Below, one piece after another: positions 1 through 8,496 of a stretch of 64,000 bases of DNA. The DNA is from an uncultured delta proteobacterium (GTDB taxonomy: Bacteria; Desulfobacterota; Syntrophorhabdia; Syntrophorhabdales; WCHB1-27): positions 7,137-71,136 of the forward strand of contig CAVVPU010000134.1 of NCBI GenBank assembly GCA_963750015.1. Direction: 5' to 3'. The notes below the pieces were generated by a model. That model searched no databases. It saw nothing but the letters and a program-made list of their open reading frames with translations, and was not told the origin of the DNA. The stretch's first letter is position 1, and the number at the start of each line of letters is the position of its first letter. The position numbers and the translations under genes are program-made.

Positions 1-85
1 CCACCGACTGACCCTTTTCCTTTTCCGGGCTCATCTGAAAGCCGTTCAAAAGAACCGGGGGATCGATTTTGCTTCCGAAGTCCAT
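1..85 (-). CDS. 5' end of the gene downstream of flgI, possibly rod-binding protein FlgJ (partial, leaves window)
   Basis: ATG at 85-83 with a GAGGTGG RBS a few nt upstream. Reads MDFGSKIDPPVLLNGFQMSPEKEKGQSV. Only synteny (slot after flgI) supports the FlgJ guess. Confidence 0.35.
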   Translation of the reverse strand, partial: MDFGSKIDPPVLLNGFQMSPEKEKGQSV

Positions 86-107
86 TGTCCACCTCTTGAT
101 GCCGCCT

Positions 108-1262
108 CTATATTACTTCCAATTCTGCCTGTAGGGCACCCGCAGCCTTTATGGTTCTCAGAATCGTGATCACGTCGCGCGCGCTCAAGCCGACTGCATT
201 GAGGGCATCAACCAGCTCCTTTATGCTTGCCCCTTTATCGAGGAGAAGGAAATGTCCCTTCTCTTCCTCCACCCTCAACTGCGTATCCGGACTCGCCACG
301 GTCGTTCCTTGTGAGAAAGGCAGAGGCTGGCTCACTTTCTGTTGCTCTTTTATCTGGACGCTTACATTTCCGTGAGATATGGCTATGGTTGCGATTCGCA
401 CATCTTCTCCGATCACGATGGTGCCCGTCTTCTCGTCCACAACGATTTTCGCATAATTGTCGGGATTGATATCGAGACCTTCGATGACGGAGACGAATTT
501 AACCTGGTTGTCCTTCATTTGTTCGGGGATATTGACGATAATCGTTCCGCCGTCTTCGGCCGAGGCTATACCGCGATAGACTCCGTTGATGCGTTCAACG
601 ACCCTGCGGGCATTGGTGAAATCGGGACGCTTCAGGGATATTTTGAGGGCATCGCCGAAGCTACCGTAGGCAATCTCCTGTTCCACGATTGCCCCGTTGG
701 GTATCCTGGCGACGGTGGGGTAATTTTTCTGAACCGACGCTGCCTGCCCTCCCACGGCGAAGCCTCCCACCAGGATCGGCCCCTGGGCTACCGCATAAGT
801 GCGGCCATCTCCTCCTCTGAGGGGCGTCATCAAGAGAACGCCTCCTTCGAGGCTCGTGGCATCCCCCAAGGACGATACGGTCACGTCGATCCTGTTGCCT
901 GTCTTGGAAAAAGGCGGCATCTCCGCCGTCACCATCACGCCTGCCACATTATTCACCTTGGTGACCGACGGGTCCACAATAACCCCCATCTTCTCCAGCA
1001 TATTCGAGAGGGTCTGATTGGTGAAGATCGTGCTATTCTTGTCGCCCGTCCTGTTGAGACCGACAACCAGGCCATAGCCGATGAGTATGTTCGGCCGGAC
1101 GCCGCTTATATTCGCAATATCCTTTATCCTTGCGGCCTCGCATTCACGAACGGGAAAGCCGCTGATGAAGACGAGAGCGGCAAGAAAGACCATAGGGAAC
1201 AGCAAGAGCGGTTGAGTCAACCGGTCTGGTCTTGGTCCGAGGGGCTGCACCAATCTGTCCAT
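108..1262 (-). CDS. flgI: flagellar P-ring protein FlgI
   Basis: 384-aa ORF. Signal peptide, then RIKDIANISGVRPNILIGYGLVVGLNRTGD and a C-terminal ALQAELEVI, both classic FlgI. True start may be M24 (1193). Confidence 0.95.
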   Translation of the reverse strand: MDRLVQPLGPRPDRLTQPLLLFPMVFLAALVFISGFPVRECEAARIKDIANISGVRPNILIGYGLVVGLNRTGDKNSTIFTNQTLSNMLEKMGVIVDPSVTKVNNVAGVMVTAEMPPFSKTGNRIDVTVSSLGDATSLEGGVLLMTPLRGGDGRTYAVAQGPILVGGFAVGGQAASVQKNYPTVARIPNGAIVEQEIAYGSFGDALKISLKRPDFTNARRVVERINGVYRGIASAEDGGTIIVNIPEQMKDNQVKFVSVIEGLDINPDNYAKIVVDEKTGTIVIGEDVRIATIAISHGNVSVQIKEQQKVSQPLPFSQGTTVASPDTQLRVEEEKGHFLLLDKGASIKELVDALNAVGLSARDVITILRTIKAAGALQAELEVI

Positions 1263-1281
1263 TCTAATTCATCCTACCCTT

Positions 1282-1980
1282 TTAGAAAGGCCATACGTAG
1301 TCGAAAAGCCTCTGCCCCCACCCGGGCCGCTGTTTCTCGGCCACGACTCCTATGCCTGTATAGATGACCTTCGCGTCGGCCACCTGGGTGGAGAGCACTG
1401 AGTTGTCGAACGCAATGTCTCTCGGCCTCACGATACCCTGAAGGAGTATCTCCTTTTTCTCGTTGTTCACATAGATCTCCCTCTTGCCCTCGACGGCGAG
1501 GTTGCCGCTGGGCAGCACCTCCATAACCCGCACGGTGATGGTTGCGCTCAGCGAGCCGGTTCGCGTCGTAGCTCCCGACCCCTGAAAGTTATTGTAGGGA
1601 GTGTTCGCGTTCACGAGATTCGCGGTATTCTTCCAGGGACCGATTCCATGGTTTTCGATACCGAAGAGATTGTTGACCTGGCCGACCGTCTGGGACTGCC
1701 TCGACGTGTCTGTAGTAGCGCTCTCAGAGGCCTGGGAGATTTCTGTTATCTTGACGGTCAATATGTCGCCCACATTTCTGGCCCTTTGGTCGCTGAAGAG
1801 CGAGGTGAGCTGGCCCTGCCAAATGCTCCCTCCCTTTGCCTCCGTTGGTTTCGGATCCTCCTGAGGCGCTCTGTAGGTGTTGGAAATGGTGAAAGGCTCA
1901 TTCTTTATCTTTGAAGGCTCGAGAGAAAAACAGCCTTGCAGAATAAAGGCGCACAAAACGAGGAACAAGGACTTTTTCAT
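1282..1980 (-). CDS. flgH: flagellar L-ring lipoprotein FlgH
   Basis: ORF 1282-2019. Lipobox MKKSLFLVLCAFILQGC, so start set at 1980. FlgH-like core (VGDILTVKI, LLQGIVRPRDI). Confidence 0.92.
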   Translation of the reverse strand: MKKSLFLVLCAFILQGCFSLEPSKIKNEPFTISNTYRAPQEDPKPTEAKGGSIWQGQLTSLFSDQRARNVGDILTVKITEISQASESATTDTSRQSQTVGQVNNLFGIENHGIGPWKNTANLVNANTPYNNFQGSGATTRTGSLSATITVRVMEVLPSGNLAVEGKREIYVNNEKKEILLQGIVRPRDIAFDNSVLSTQVADAKVIYTGIGVVAEKQRPGWGQRLFDYVWPF

Positions 1981-1987
1981 GGTGCCC

Positions 1988-2698
1988 TCAGAACTCCACA
2001 ATGACCGAATCATTCCCATTCACCTTACCGAGGACCTCTTTACCGGAGGCACTTCTTATCTTTACGAGGTCTCCCACATTGCCTTTTCCGAGGGCCACGC
2101 CTTTCGCCTGGACCAACAGTCTGCTGTTTTCTATGGTGATGCTGACAGTATCGCCCTTTTTCACTGCCGCCACATTGTTGAGAACCTGCCTTGTGATGAC
2201 GTCTCCGGCACGTATCTCTTTCTCTGCCACCTTGTTCAGCACATCCTCGATGTCTTCCGGATAGAGATTTGCCGAACCGCTCAGAAAGGTCTCCTTTACG
2301 GTGAGATCGACGAGATGAATCACGTCGCCTTTTGCAATGTCCCGCCTCACCACATAGAGCTTTCTCTTTACGAGCACTTTAAAGGGCACGTAGGCGCTCG
2401 ACTCGGCCCCATTCTTTCCCTCGAAGCCCACCAGACAGATGCCCTCGCCCGAGGCGTCAGGCACCTTCGTGAAACTGACCGTGGTCAGCTTCACCTTCTC
2501 TTTGAGATAGGGAGGCAACTGACTGAAAACGACCTGAATTTCAGTGTCGGCATACATCTGCTTGATGAAATTCCTGATCTCCGTCTCACCCGAGAAAGAC
2601 CATGCCTGCCGGGGCACGGCGAAGGCAAGGAAAAGAAAGGCTAAAATCAGCAGCCTGGGCTTATCTCTTAACATTATTCGCCATCTGCAGCATCTCAT
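1988..2698 (-). CDS. flgA: flagellar P-ring assembly chaperone FlgA
   Basis: 236-aa ORF with a signal peptide and a C-terminal SAF-like segment (KKGDTVSITIENSRLLVQAKGVALGKGNVGDLVKIRSASGKEVLGKV). Lies between flgG and flgH. Start uncertain (2698 or 2674). Confidence 0.8.
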   Translation of the reverse strand: MRCCRWRIMLRDKPRLLILAFLFLAFAVPRQAWSFSGETEIRNFIKQMYADTEIQVVFSQLPPYLKEKVKLTTVSFTKVPDASGEGICLVGFEGKNGAESSAYVPFKVLVKRKLYVVRRDIAKGDVIHLVDLTVKETFLSGSANLYPEDIEDVLNKVAEKEIRAGDVITRQVLNNVAAVKKGDTVSITIENSRLLVQAKGVALGKGNVGDLVKIRSASGKEVLGKVNGNDSVIVEF

Positions 2699-3449
2699 CC
2701 GCTGACTGAATCACCTTGGTATTGGCTTCGTAAGCTCTCTGCCCGATAATCAGGTTGACCATCTCCGTCATGATGTTCACATTCGACATCTCGAGGTAAC
2801 CCTGCTGGATGGTACCGAGCCCGTTGGTGCCGGGTGTGCCCGAAACCGGGTTACCGCTCGCTTCCGTCTCCTGGTAGAGGTTCTTTCCCATGGCGCTCAA
2901 GCCACCCAGGTTCGGGAATGTGTAGAGGAGGATATTCCCTATCTGCTGGGGCGCTATCTGGCCGCTTATCTGGGCCGAAACAGTGCCGTCGGACGCGACC
3001 GACACGGAGGTGGCATTCTGAGGTACGGTAATGTTCGGATCGAGCAGGTACCCGTCGGAAGTACATATCCTTCCCTGGGAATCGGTCTTGAAGGAACCAG
3101 CGCGTGTATATGCCTTATCGCCCGACGGGAGGTCGATCTCTATAAAACCGTTCCCTTCGATTGCCATATCGAGCTGATTTCCCGTCTGACTGAGATCGCC
3201 TTGGATGAACACCTTCTGCACGGCTGCAAGGGTGGCGCCAAGGCCGATCTGAATGCCGGTGGGCACCTGATTTCCTGCCTCGTTTTTCGAACCCTGAAGC
3301 CGCAGGGTCTGGTACATGAGGTCCTGAAAATCTGCCCTGCTCTGCTGATAACCGTTCGTATTCGCGTTCGCGATGTTGTTCGAAATGACGTCCAGGTTTG
3401 ACTGCTGCACGCTCATGCCTGTCGCCGCAGTCCACAATGCACGCATCAT
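2661..3449 (-). CDS. flgG: flagellar distal rod protein FlgG
   Basis: 262 aa. Rod-family N-terminus MMRALWTAATGMSVQQSNLDVISNNIANANTNGY and C-terminus GYLEMSNVN...QRAYEANTKVI. Confidence 0.93.
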   Translation of the reverse strand: MMRALWTAATGMSVQQSNLDVISNNIANANTNGYQQSRADFQDLMYQTLRLQGSKNEAGNQVPTGIQIGLGATLAAVQKVFIQGDLSQTGNQLDMAIEGNGFIEIDLPSGDKAYTRAGSFKTDSQGRICTSDGYLLDPNITVPQNATSVSVASDGTVSAQISGQIAPQQIGNILLYTFPNLGGLSAMGKNLYQETEASGNPVSGTPGTNGLGTIQQGYLEMSNVNIMTEMVNLIIGQRAYEANTKVIQSADEMLQMANNVKR

Positions 3450-3463
3450 AGTAAAAAGACCTC

Positions 3464-4186
3464 CTACATTTTTGCCGTATCGAGTAGTTTTCCGAGGCTG
3501 TCGTCGACCGCCTGGTCCGCCTTCGTATAGGCTTCATACGCCCGCATGGCGGTGATCATCTCGACCATCTCTTTCATGGTGTCCACGTTGGAGCCTTCGT
3601 AAGCGCCCCCTTTGATCGAAAAATTACTCGCGTCTTTCTCCGTGTTGTTCGTACCTGCGTTGACAAAGAGACTTTTTCCAAAACTCTTGAGATAAGTCGT
3701 GTCGGAGAAGTCGGAAACCTTGACCTTGTCGACGCGGGAGCCGTCCACATAGACCGAGCCGTCCGATTCGACCTTGACGTTACCGCTGACGGTGATCGGT
3801 CCCCCATTTTGTCCCTCTACCGGATACCCGTCTATGGTGGCGAGCTGTTTGCTCTGATTGATCTTGAATTGGCCGTCTCTCGTATACATCGTGCCATTCG
3901 GGGTGGAGACCACGAAAAAGCCGGGGCCTTCTATGGCGAGGTCCAGGGAGTTGCCTGTCGACATGAGGGGGCCGTCAGAGAAATGCACATAGGTCGAGGG
4001 AATATTGACATACGTCTGGGGGACTTGATTCGAGTCAATCGAGGCGTCGAGAACAGATCCATTATATACCGGCCTCGTTGCTTTGAACCCGGGCGTCAAC
4101 GCGTTAGCCATATTATTGGCCATGATGTCGAGCCTCCGCTCTGCCGCCACTTCTCCGCTGAAAGTGCTGAAGATGCTGTTGATCAT
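3464..4186 (-). CDS. flgF: flagellar proximal rod protein FlgF-like
   Basis: ORF runs to a GTG at 4270, but that codon lies inside a sigma-54 promoter match and the extension is Arg-rich junk. Start set at ATG 4186 (MINSIFSTFSGEV). Rod-family termini (ANNMANALTPGFK, MRAYEAYTKA). Confidence 0.85.
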   Translation of the reverse strand: MINSIFSTFSGEVAAERRLDIMANNMANALTPGFKATRPVYNGSVLDASIDSNQVPQTYVNIPSTYVHFSDGPLMSTGNSLDLAIEGPGFFVVSTPNGTMYTRDGQFKINQSKQLATIDGYPVEGQNGGPITVSGNVKVESDGSVYVDGSRVDKVKVSDFSDTTYLKSFGKSLFVNAGTNNTEKDASNFSIKGGAYEGSNVDTMKEMVEMITAMRAYEAYTKADQAVDDSLGKLLDTAKM

Positions 4187-4253
4187 GCCTCGGATAGTGC
4201 AAGTAGCATACCGTGGGTGAGTTAAAGGGAGATCAGATATTCTGAGTCGTAAT

Positions 4254-4269
4254 TGCGACAATGGGACCA
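4254..4269 (-). promoter_or_regulatory. sigma-54 type promoter candidate upstream of flgF
   Basis: Minus strand TGGTCCCATTGTCGCA has the GG-N10-GC spacing of TGGCAC-N5-TTGCW. It lies 68 nt upstream of the flgF ATG. Confidence 0.5.
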
Positions 4270-4380
4270 CAAAAGATGGGGAAAAAGGACTGAAGGGAAC
4301 TGAAAATTTATGAAACTGCGAGGCGGGTTCGTTATCCTGTTGACGCAGGTGGGACTATTTTTCCCTGGTAGGAAATCTTT

Positions 4381-4617
4381 TCACACTATAACTTCGAAGC
4401 CTTCCGGATGATCCCTCGTCAATCCGTCCGATGACCTGTCTTTGGCGAGTTGCTCCGGGTCGGAGTCTTCTGTCGAGCTATCCTCCCCATGGTATCCAGG
4501 ACGTTGCTTTTGTTTGCGCGCATAGGGAGAAACACGCTGGCCGAAACGACTCCACTGTTTACCTAAAGCATGAACGGTGACTATGGAATCTAAGGGAAAA
4601 GTGCCACCCAAGTCCAT
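4381..4617 (-). CDS. hypothetical small protein (78 aa)
   Basis: ATG preceded by a GGAGGGGG RBS 6 nt upstream. Acidic, Ser-rich C-terminal half. No family recognised. Lies between cheW and flgF. Confidence 0.4.
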   Translation of the reverse strand: MDLGGTFPLDSIVTVHALGKQWSRFGQRVSPYARKQKQRPGYHGEDSSTEDSDPEQLAKDRSSDGLTRDHPEGFEVIV

Positions 4618-4634
4618 TTTTCGCCCCCTCCATC

Positions 4635-4754
4635 AAAGCTTGCTCTCGCGGACGCAGTCCGCGATGGTTCTGGCTTCTTTGTTTGTCCTTTCCTTTCCAA
4701 AAAGCTTGCTCTCGCAGACCCTGTTCCGGTCTACGGTAGGCCCGGCTTCTTTGT
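4635..4754. repeat. two copies of an intergenic module with conserved flanks and a variable hairpin
   Basis: AAAGCTTGCTCTCGC-[hairpin]-GGCTTCTTTGT occurs at 4635-4682 and 4701-4754. The hairpins differ in sequence (GCGGAC/GTCCGC versus AGACC/GGTCT). Confidence 0.6.
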
Positions 4755-4778
4755 CTATCCCAGGCATTATCTGTGCCA

Positions 4779-5246
4779 TCAATTGTTCGCCACCTTTTCC
4801 AACTCCCGCCGGTCGGTAGAAGTGAACACCTTCTTCAGCTCCAGCAGTATGAGGAGACGGTCATCGAGTTTGCCCACCCCTTCGATATATTCCGATTCTA
4901 TGCCTGCGACAAGCGCGGGGGGCGGTTCGACTGTGCTCTCGGAAATCCTCAGCACTTCCGAAACAGAGTCAACGATGAAGCCAAGGATCATACCTTCGAG
5001 CTCGACTACTATTATTCTGGTCGACTTGTCGTAAGCTCTTCCATCGAACCCAAGCCTTTTACGCAGGTCGACTATGGGAATGATCTTGCCTCTCAGATTT
5101 ATGACGCCTTCCACAAAAGGAGGGGCGTTGGGTATTCGGGTGATATCGATCATCTTGTTTATTTCCTGAACCTTAAGGATATCGACCCCGAATTCTTCGC
5201 CTTCTAACCGGAATGTCACGAGCTGTAGGATTCTGTTTTCATTCAT
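4779..5246 (-). CDS. cheW: chemotaxis coupling protein CheW
   Basis: 155 aa CheW-like domain (EEFGVDILKVQEI, PPFVEGVINLRGKIIPIVDLRKRLG). Confidence 0.93.
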   Translation of the reverse strand: MNENRILQLVTFRLEGEEFGVDILKVQEINKMIDITRIPNAPPFVEGVINLRGKIIPIVDLRKRLGFDGRAYDKSTRIIVVELEGMILGFIVDSVSEVLRISESTVEPPPALVAGIESEYIEGVGKLDDRLLILLELKKVFTSTDRRELEKVANN

Positions 5247-5268
5247 ATTGAAGCCCTCCTTTCCAGTG

Positions 5269-5296
5269 TATTCGCATTAAGGCTCGTAAAACTTAA
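5269..5296 (-). promoter_or_regulatory. weak sigma-28 (FliA) type promoter candidate upstream of cheW
   Basis: Minus strand TTAAGTTT-N13-GCGAATA. It has the same -35 as the cheY promoter at 37056-37082 but a poor -10. Confidence 0.3.
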
Positions 5297-5384
5297 GTTC
5301 AGGTGATAAATGGGGGGGTATTGAGGGAGAAATACTACCGGCCCCCGGCCCGAGTCTGATTCAGGTCGGGGGCCGAAGGTTGTG

Positions 5385-7295
5385 CTAAGCAATCTTTCGG
5401 GCGGCCCCTTGAGCGGCCATGGAGACTGCCACAACATCGATTAAGGCAGACATGTCGAGGATAAGGATGGCCTTTCCATCTCCCCTGATGGTTGCCCCTC
5501 CTATGCCCTTTATATTCCCAAGGAATTCACCGAGAGGCTTTATGACCACTTCTTCCTGACCTTCCACGGCCCTTGCCTTTATGCCGATCGTCTTCTCCCC
5601 TATGTTGCATATGACGATATACTTGTCCTCGTCCCCCTGGTTCTTCGAAAATACCCGGGCAAGGTCCACGACCGGGATCACCTTGTCCCTCAGCACAAGG
5701 ACCTCCTTCTTGTCCACGGACCGTACCAAACCCTCTTCCCGTTTGACCAGTTCCGTCACCGTATTAAGAGGAATGGCGAACAGCTCGTCGAGTACCCTTA
5801 CAATGAGGGCCCTCATTATAGCCAGGGTGAGGGGCAGCCTCAGGGTGAGTTTAGTCCATTGGCCTTCCTCCGAATCGATGGAGACCTGTCCGTTCATCTT
5901 CTCTATGTTCGTCTTGACAACGTCCATACCAACGCCCCTGCCCGACACGCTGCTCAGTTTCTTTGCCGTGCTGAGGCCCGGAGCAAAAACGAGGTTCATT
6001 GCGTCCCTGGGAGAAAGTGAGTTCAATTCGTTCTCCCCGATTAAACCCTTTTCGCGGGCCTTTTCCTTTACGGCTTCTACATTGATGCCCTTCCCGTCAT
6101 CGAAGATCTCGATGATGACGTTGTTCCCTTCGTTATACGCCCTGAGAGATAGCGTCCCCTTTTCGGGCTTTCCCTTCTGGGCCCTCTCTTCCGGCGTTTC
6201 GACGCCGTGGTCGCAAGAATTTCGGATAATATGGATAAGCGGGTCATGGAGACTCTCTATGAGCGAACGGTCTAACTCGGTCTCCTGGCCCTCCATGGTC
6301 AGTTGAATCTCTTTCTTGAATTCTGCCGACAAATCACGCACGAGCCTGGGTACCTTGCTGAACAATTTGCTTATGGGAACGAGACGAGCCCGCATAACAC
6401 TCAGCTGAAGCTCGTTGGTCACCATTTCAATATAGTTGGTGACATCCGCGAGATTATCGAGTACTCCATTTTTGGTTTCTTCCTTCTTGACGAGGCTGCT
6501 GAGCAATATGAGCCTGTTCTTTCCGAGCACAAGCTCTCCTGCCAGGTTCATGAGCTCATCGAGCTTCTTGACCTCGATCCTGATAGTCTGCTCCTCTGCA
6601 TGTGCCTTTTGTTTGGTATCGGGCTGACTCTTCGTGGACGCCGTTTCCTCTGCGGCGGGTGCAACGGCGGCCTTCGGTGCGCTTGGTTCAACCGCGGCCT
6701 CCTCCGCAACCGGTTCGACAGCGGCCTCCTCGGACGGCTGCTCCTGTTTCTTTGCGCCTTTCCTCGGCTTGGCGACAACCTTGGCTTTTGTCTCCGCCGC
6801 CTTCTTTCCGCTCTTCTTCTTGACCGGCTTGGCAGGGGCAGACGGTTCGCTTTCCAGTTTGGCCGGTTCGCTTTCCAGTTTGGCCGGTTCGCTTTCCAGT
6901 TTGGCCAGGGCTTCCAGCCTGGTGACAACACCCGATATGTCCGCCACCTCTGAGCCGCTTTCTTTGATGTCGTCCAGAAGCGTCTTGATCAAGTCGAGTG
7001 ACTCGAGGAGAACGTCGGCCACGGCGTGGTCGGGCTTCAAATTGCCCTTTCTTACCATCCCGAGTATGTCTTCAGACCTGTGAGCCAGAGTCGAGAGAGT
7101 GCCGAAGCCCAAAAAGCTCGAAGTACCTTTGATCGTGTGAACGGCCCTGAAGATGCTGTTAATGGCCTCTTCATCAGGATTGTTTTCTATGGTTATAATA
7201 TCCTGCGTGGCCTTTTCCGCCAGATCATAGGCCTCGACGATAAACTCGTCGATGATTTCCTTCATCTCGTCTTTTTCTGAAACATCATCACTCAT
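5385..7295 (-). CDS. cheA: chemotaxis histidine kinase CheA
   Basis: 636 aa. Hpt H-box FRAVHTIKGTSSFLGF, dimerisation region, HATPase motifs (FDDGKGI, GRGVGMDVV) and a C-terminal CheW-like domain. Confidence 0.95.
   Translation of the reverse strand: MSDDVSEKDEMKEIIDEFIVEAYDLAEKATQDIITIENNPDEEAINSIFRAVHTIKGTSSFLGFGTLSTLAHRSEDILGMVRKGNLKPDHAVADVLLESLDLIKTLLDDIKESGSEVADISGVVTRLEALAKLESEPAKLESEPAKLESEPSAPAKPVKKKSGKKAAETKAKVVAKPRKGAKKQEQPSEEAAVEPVAEEAAVEPSAPKAAVAPAAEETASTKSQPDTKQKAHAEEQTIRIEVKKLDELMNLAGELVLGKNRLILLSSLVKKEETKNGVLDNLADVTNYIEMVTNELQLSVMRARLVPISKLFSKVPRLVRDLSAEFKKEIQLTMEGQETELDRSLIESLHDPLIHIIRNSCDHGVETPEERAQKGKPEKGTLSLRAYNEGNNVIIEIFDDGKGINVEAVKEKAREKGLIGENELNSLSPRDAMNLVFAPGLSTAKKLSSVSGRGVGMDVVKTNIEKMNGQVSIDSEEGQWTKLTLRLPLTLAIMRALIVRVLDELFAIPLNTVTELVKREEGLVRSVDKKEVLVLRDKVIPVVDLARVFSKNQGDEDKYIVICNIGEKTIGIKARAVEGQEEVVIKPLGEFLGNIKGIGGATIRGDGKAILILDMSALIDVVAVSMAAQGAARKIA
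6844..6906. repeat. perfect 21-bp tandem repeat x3 inside cheA
   Basis: GGTTCGCTTTCCAGTTTGGCC at 6844, 6865 and 6886. It encodes (ESEPAKL)x3 in the CheA linker. Confidence 0.95.
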
Positions 7296-7672
7296 TGGGC
7301 TCCTCCATCCAACAGACTCTCTATTTTATGAACAAGCACTTCAGGTTGAATGGGCTTGTTAAGAAACATGTTTACCCCGGCCTTCATGGCCTCTTCCTTC
7401 AACTCTTCATCGCTTGTCGTGGTGAGCATCACTACGGGTAAATCCAGGTTGTAATAACTATTCCTGAGATTCTTGACGAAAGATATGCCATCCATGTTCG
7501 GCATGTTCAGATCGACGATGATAAGGTCGGTCTCCAGACTACCCAGCTTCTCCATAGCATCCATGCCGTCTTCCGCTTCGTCGATGGCATACCCCTTTTT
7601 TCTGAGGACATACCCAATAAATTTCCTTATGGTCGGGGAGTCGTCCACAACGAGGATTCTTTTCATGGTCAT
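7292..7672 (-). CDS. cheY: CheY-like single-domain response regulator
   Basis: 126-aa REC domain (ILVVDDSPTIRK, DLIIVDLNMPNMDG, LNKP). Overlaps the cheA start by 4 nt. Confidence 0.85.
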   Translation of the reverse strand: MTMKRILVVDDSPTIRKFIGYVLRKKGYAIDEAEDGMDAMEKLGSLETDLIIVDLNMPNMDGISFVKNLRNSYYNLDLPVVMLTTTSDEELKEEAMKAGVNMFLNKPIQPEVLVHKIESLLDGGAQ

Positions 7673-8496
7673 CCCTTTTGGTAGGCTATCGTGCCCGGGA
7701 ATATCAAAGGCTTAAATCCCCTTGATATGTTATGGAGGCTCTCGGCATGTCCGATAGTCAAATAGCCTCCGGGTTTTAATGATTCGTAAAGATTGTCAAT
7801 AACCGCTTTCTTCCCCTTCTCGTCGAAATAGATCAGCACGTTTCTGCAAAAGATGATGTCCATTTGCCTATATTTTCGGTAAGAAGCGGAATCCATTAAA
7901 TTGAGGAAGTCTACAGTTACATATTTCTTCACCGTATCCTTGAGTGCGTAGGAACCCTTATCCTCGGTAAAATACTTGCTCAGGACGGCTTTATCGGTGT
8001 TTCTGATGGCGTAATTGTTGAACACCGCCCTTCTTGCCGATTCCAGGGCCTTCGTGCTTATATCCGTGCCATATATAGTGAAAGGCATGGATATGTTGGG
8101 TTGGCCAAGCATCTCCAGCATGAGAATCGCGAGCGTGTAAGGCTCTTCACCAGTCGAACATCCGGCGCTCCAAATCTTCAAGCCCCCTTGCGGCATTTTT
8201 CCGTTCAGGTAATTCTTCTGTACGATTATTTTGAAGGCATCGAGCTGTGGAGGATTCCTGAAGAAGCTCGTCTCATTAGTGGTGACGAGATCGTAAAGGT
8301 AAGTAATCTCCTGTTCCGTCTTCGAACCGCCGTATTTAAGGTGGTAATAGTATTCCTCGAAAGAAGAGAAGCCGAGTTCGTTAAGCCTATTCGCTAGTCT
8401 GCTCTCCAGTAGATAAACCTTGTTTTCGGCAAAATAGATGCCCGTTTTCTCATAGATGAAGTCCTTCAGGAGAGTAAACTCTTGATGGGTCAACAT
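7669..8496 (-). CDS. cheR: chemotaxis methyltransferase CheR
   Basis: 275 aa. TNETSFFRN, IWSAGCSTGEEPYTLA and IFCRNVLIYF motifs. Confidence 0.93.
   Translation of the reverse strand: MLTHQEFTLLKDFIYEKTGIYFAENKVYLLESRLANRLNELGFSSFEEYYYHLKYGGSKTEQEITYLYDLVTTNETSFFRNPPQLDAFKIIVQKNYLNGKMPQGGLKIWSAGCSTGEEPYTLAILMLEMLGQPNISMPFTIYGTDISTKALESARRAVFNNYAIRNTDKAVLSKYFTEDKGSYALKDTVKKYVTVDFLNLMDSASYRKYRQMDIIFCRNVLIYFDEKGKKAVIDNLYESLKPGGYLTIGHAESLHNISRGFKPLIFPGTIAYQKG

Noticed and set aside
342-1367. 341-aa plus-strand ORF, and many similar long ORFs opposite the flagellar genes (e.g. 1877-2644, 19283-20164, 23617-24141, 27391-28026)
   Set aside because: They lie antisense to genes with unmistakable flagellar protein motifs. 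Their translations are low-complexity or Arg/His/Leu-rich with no recognisable domains and no RBS, as expected of shadow ORFs.
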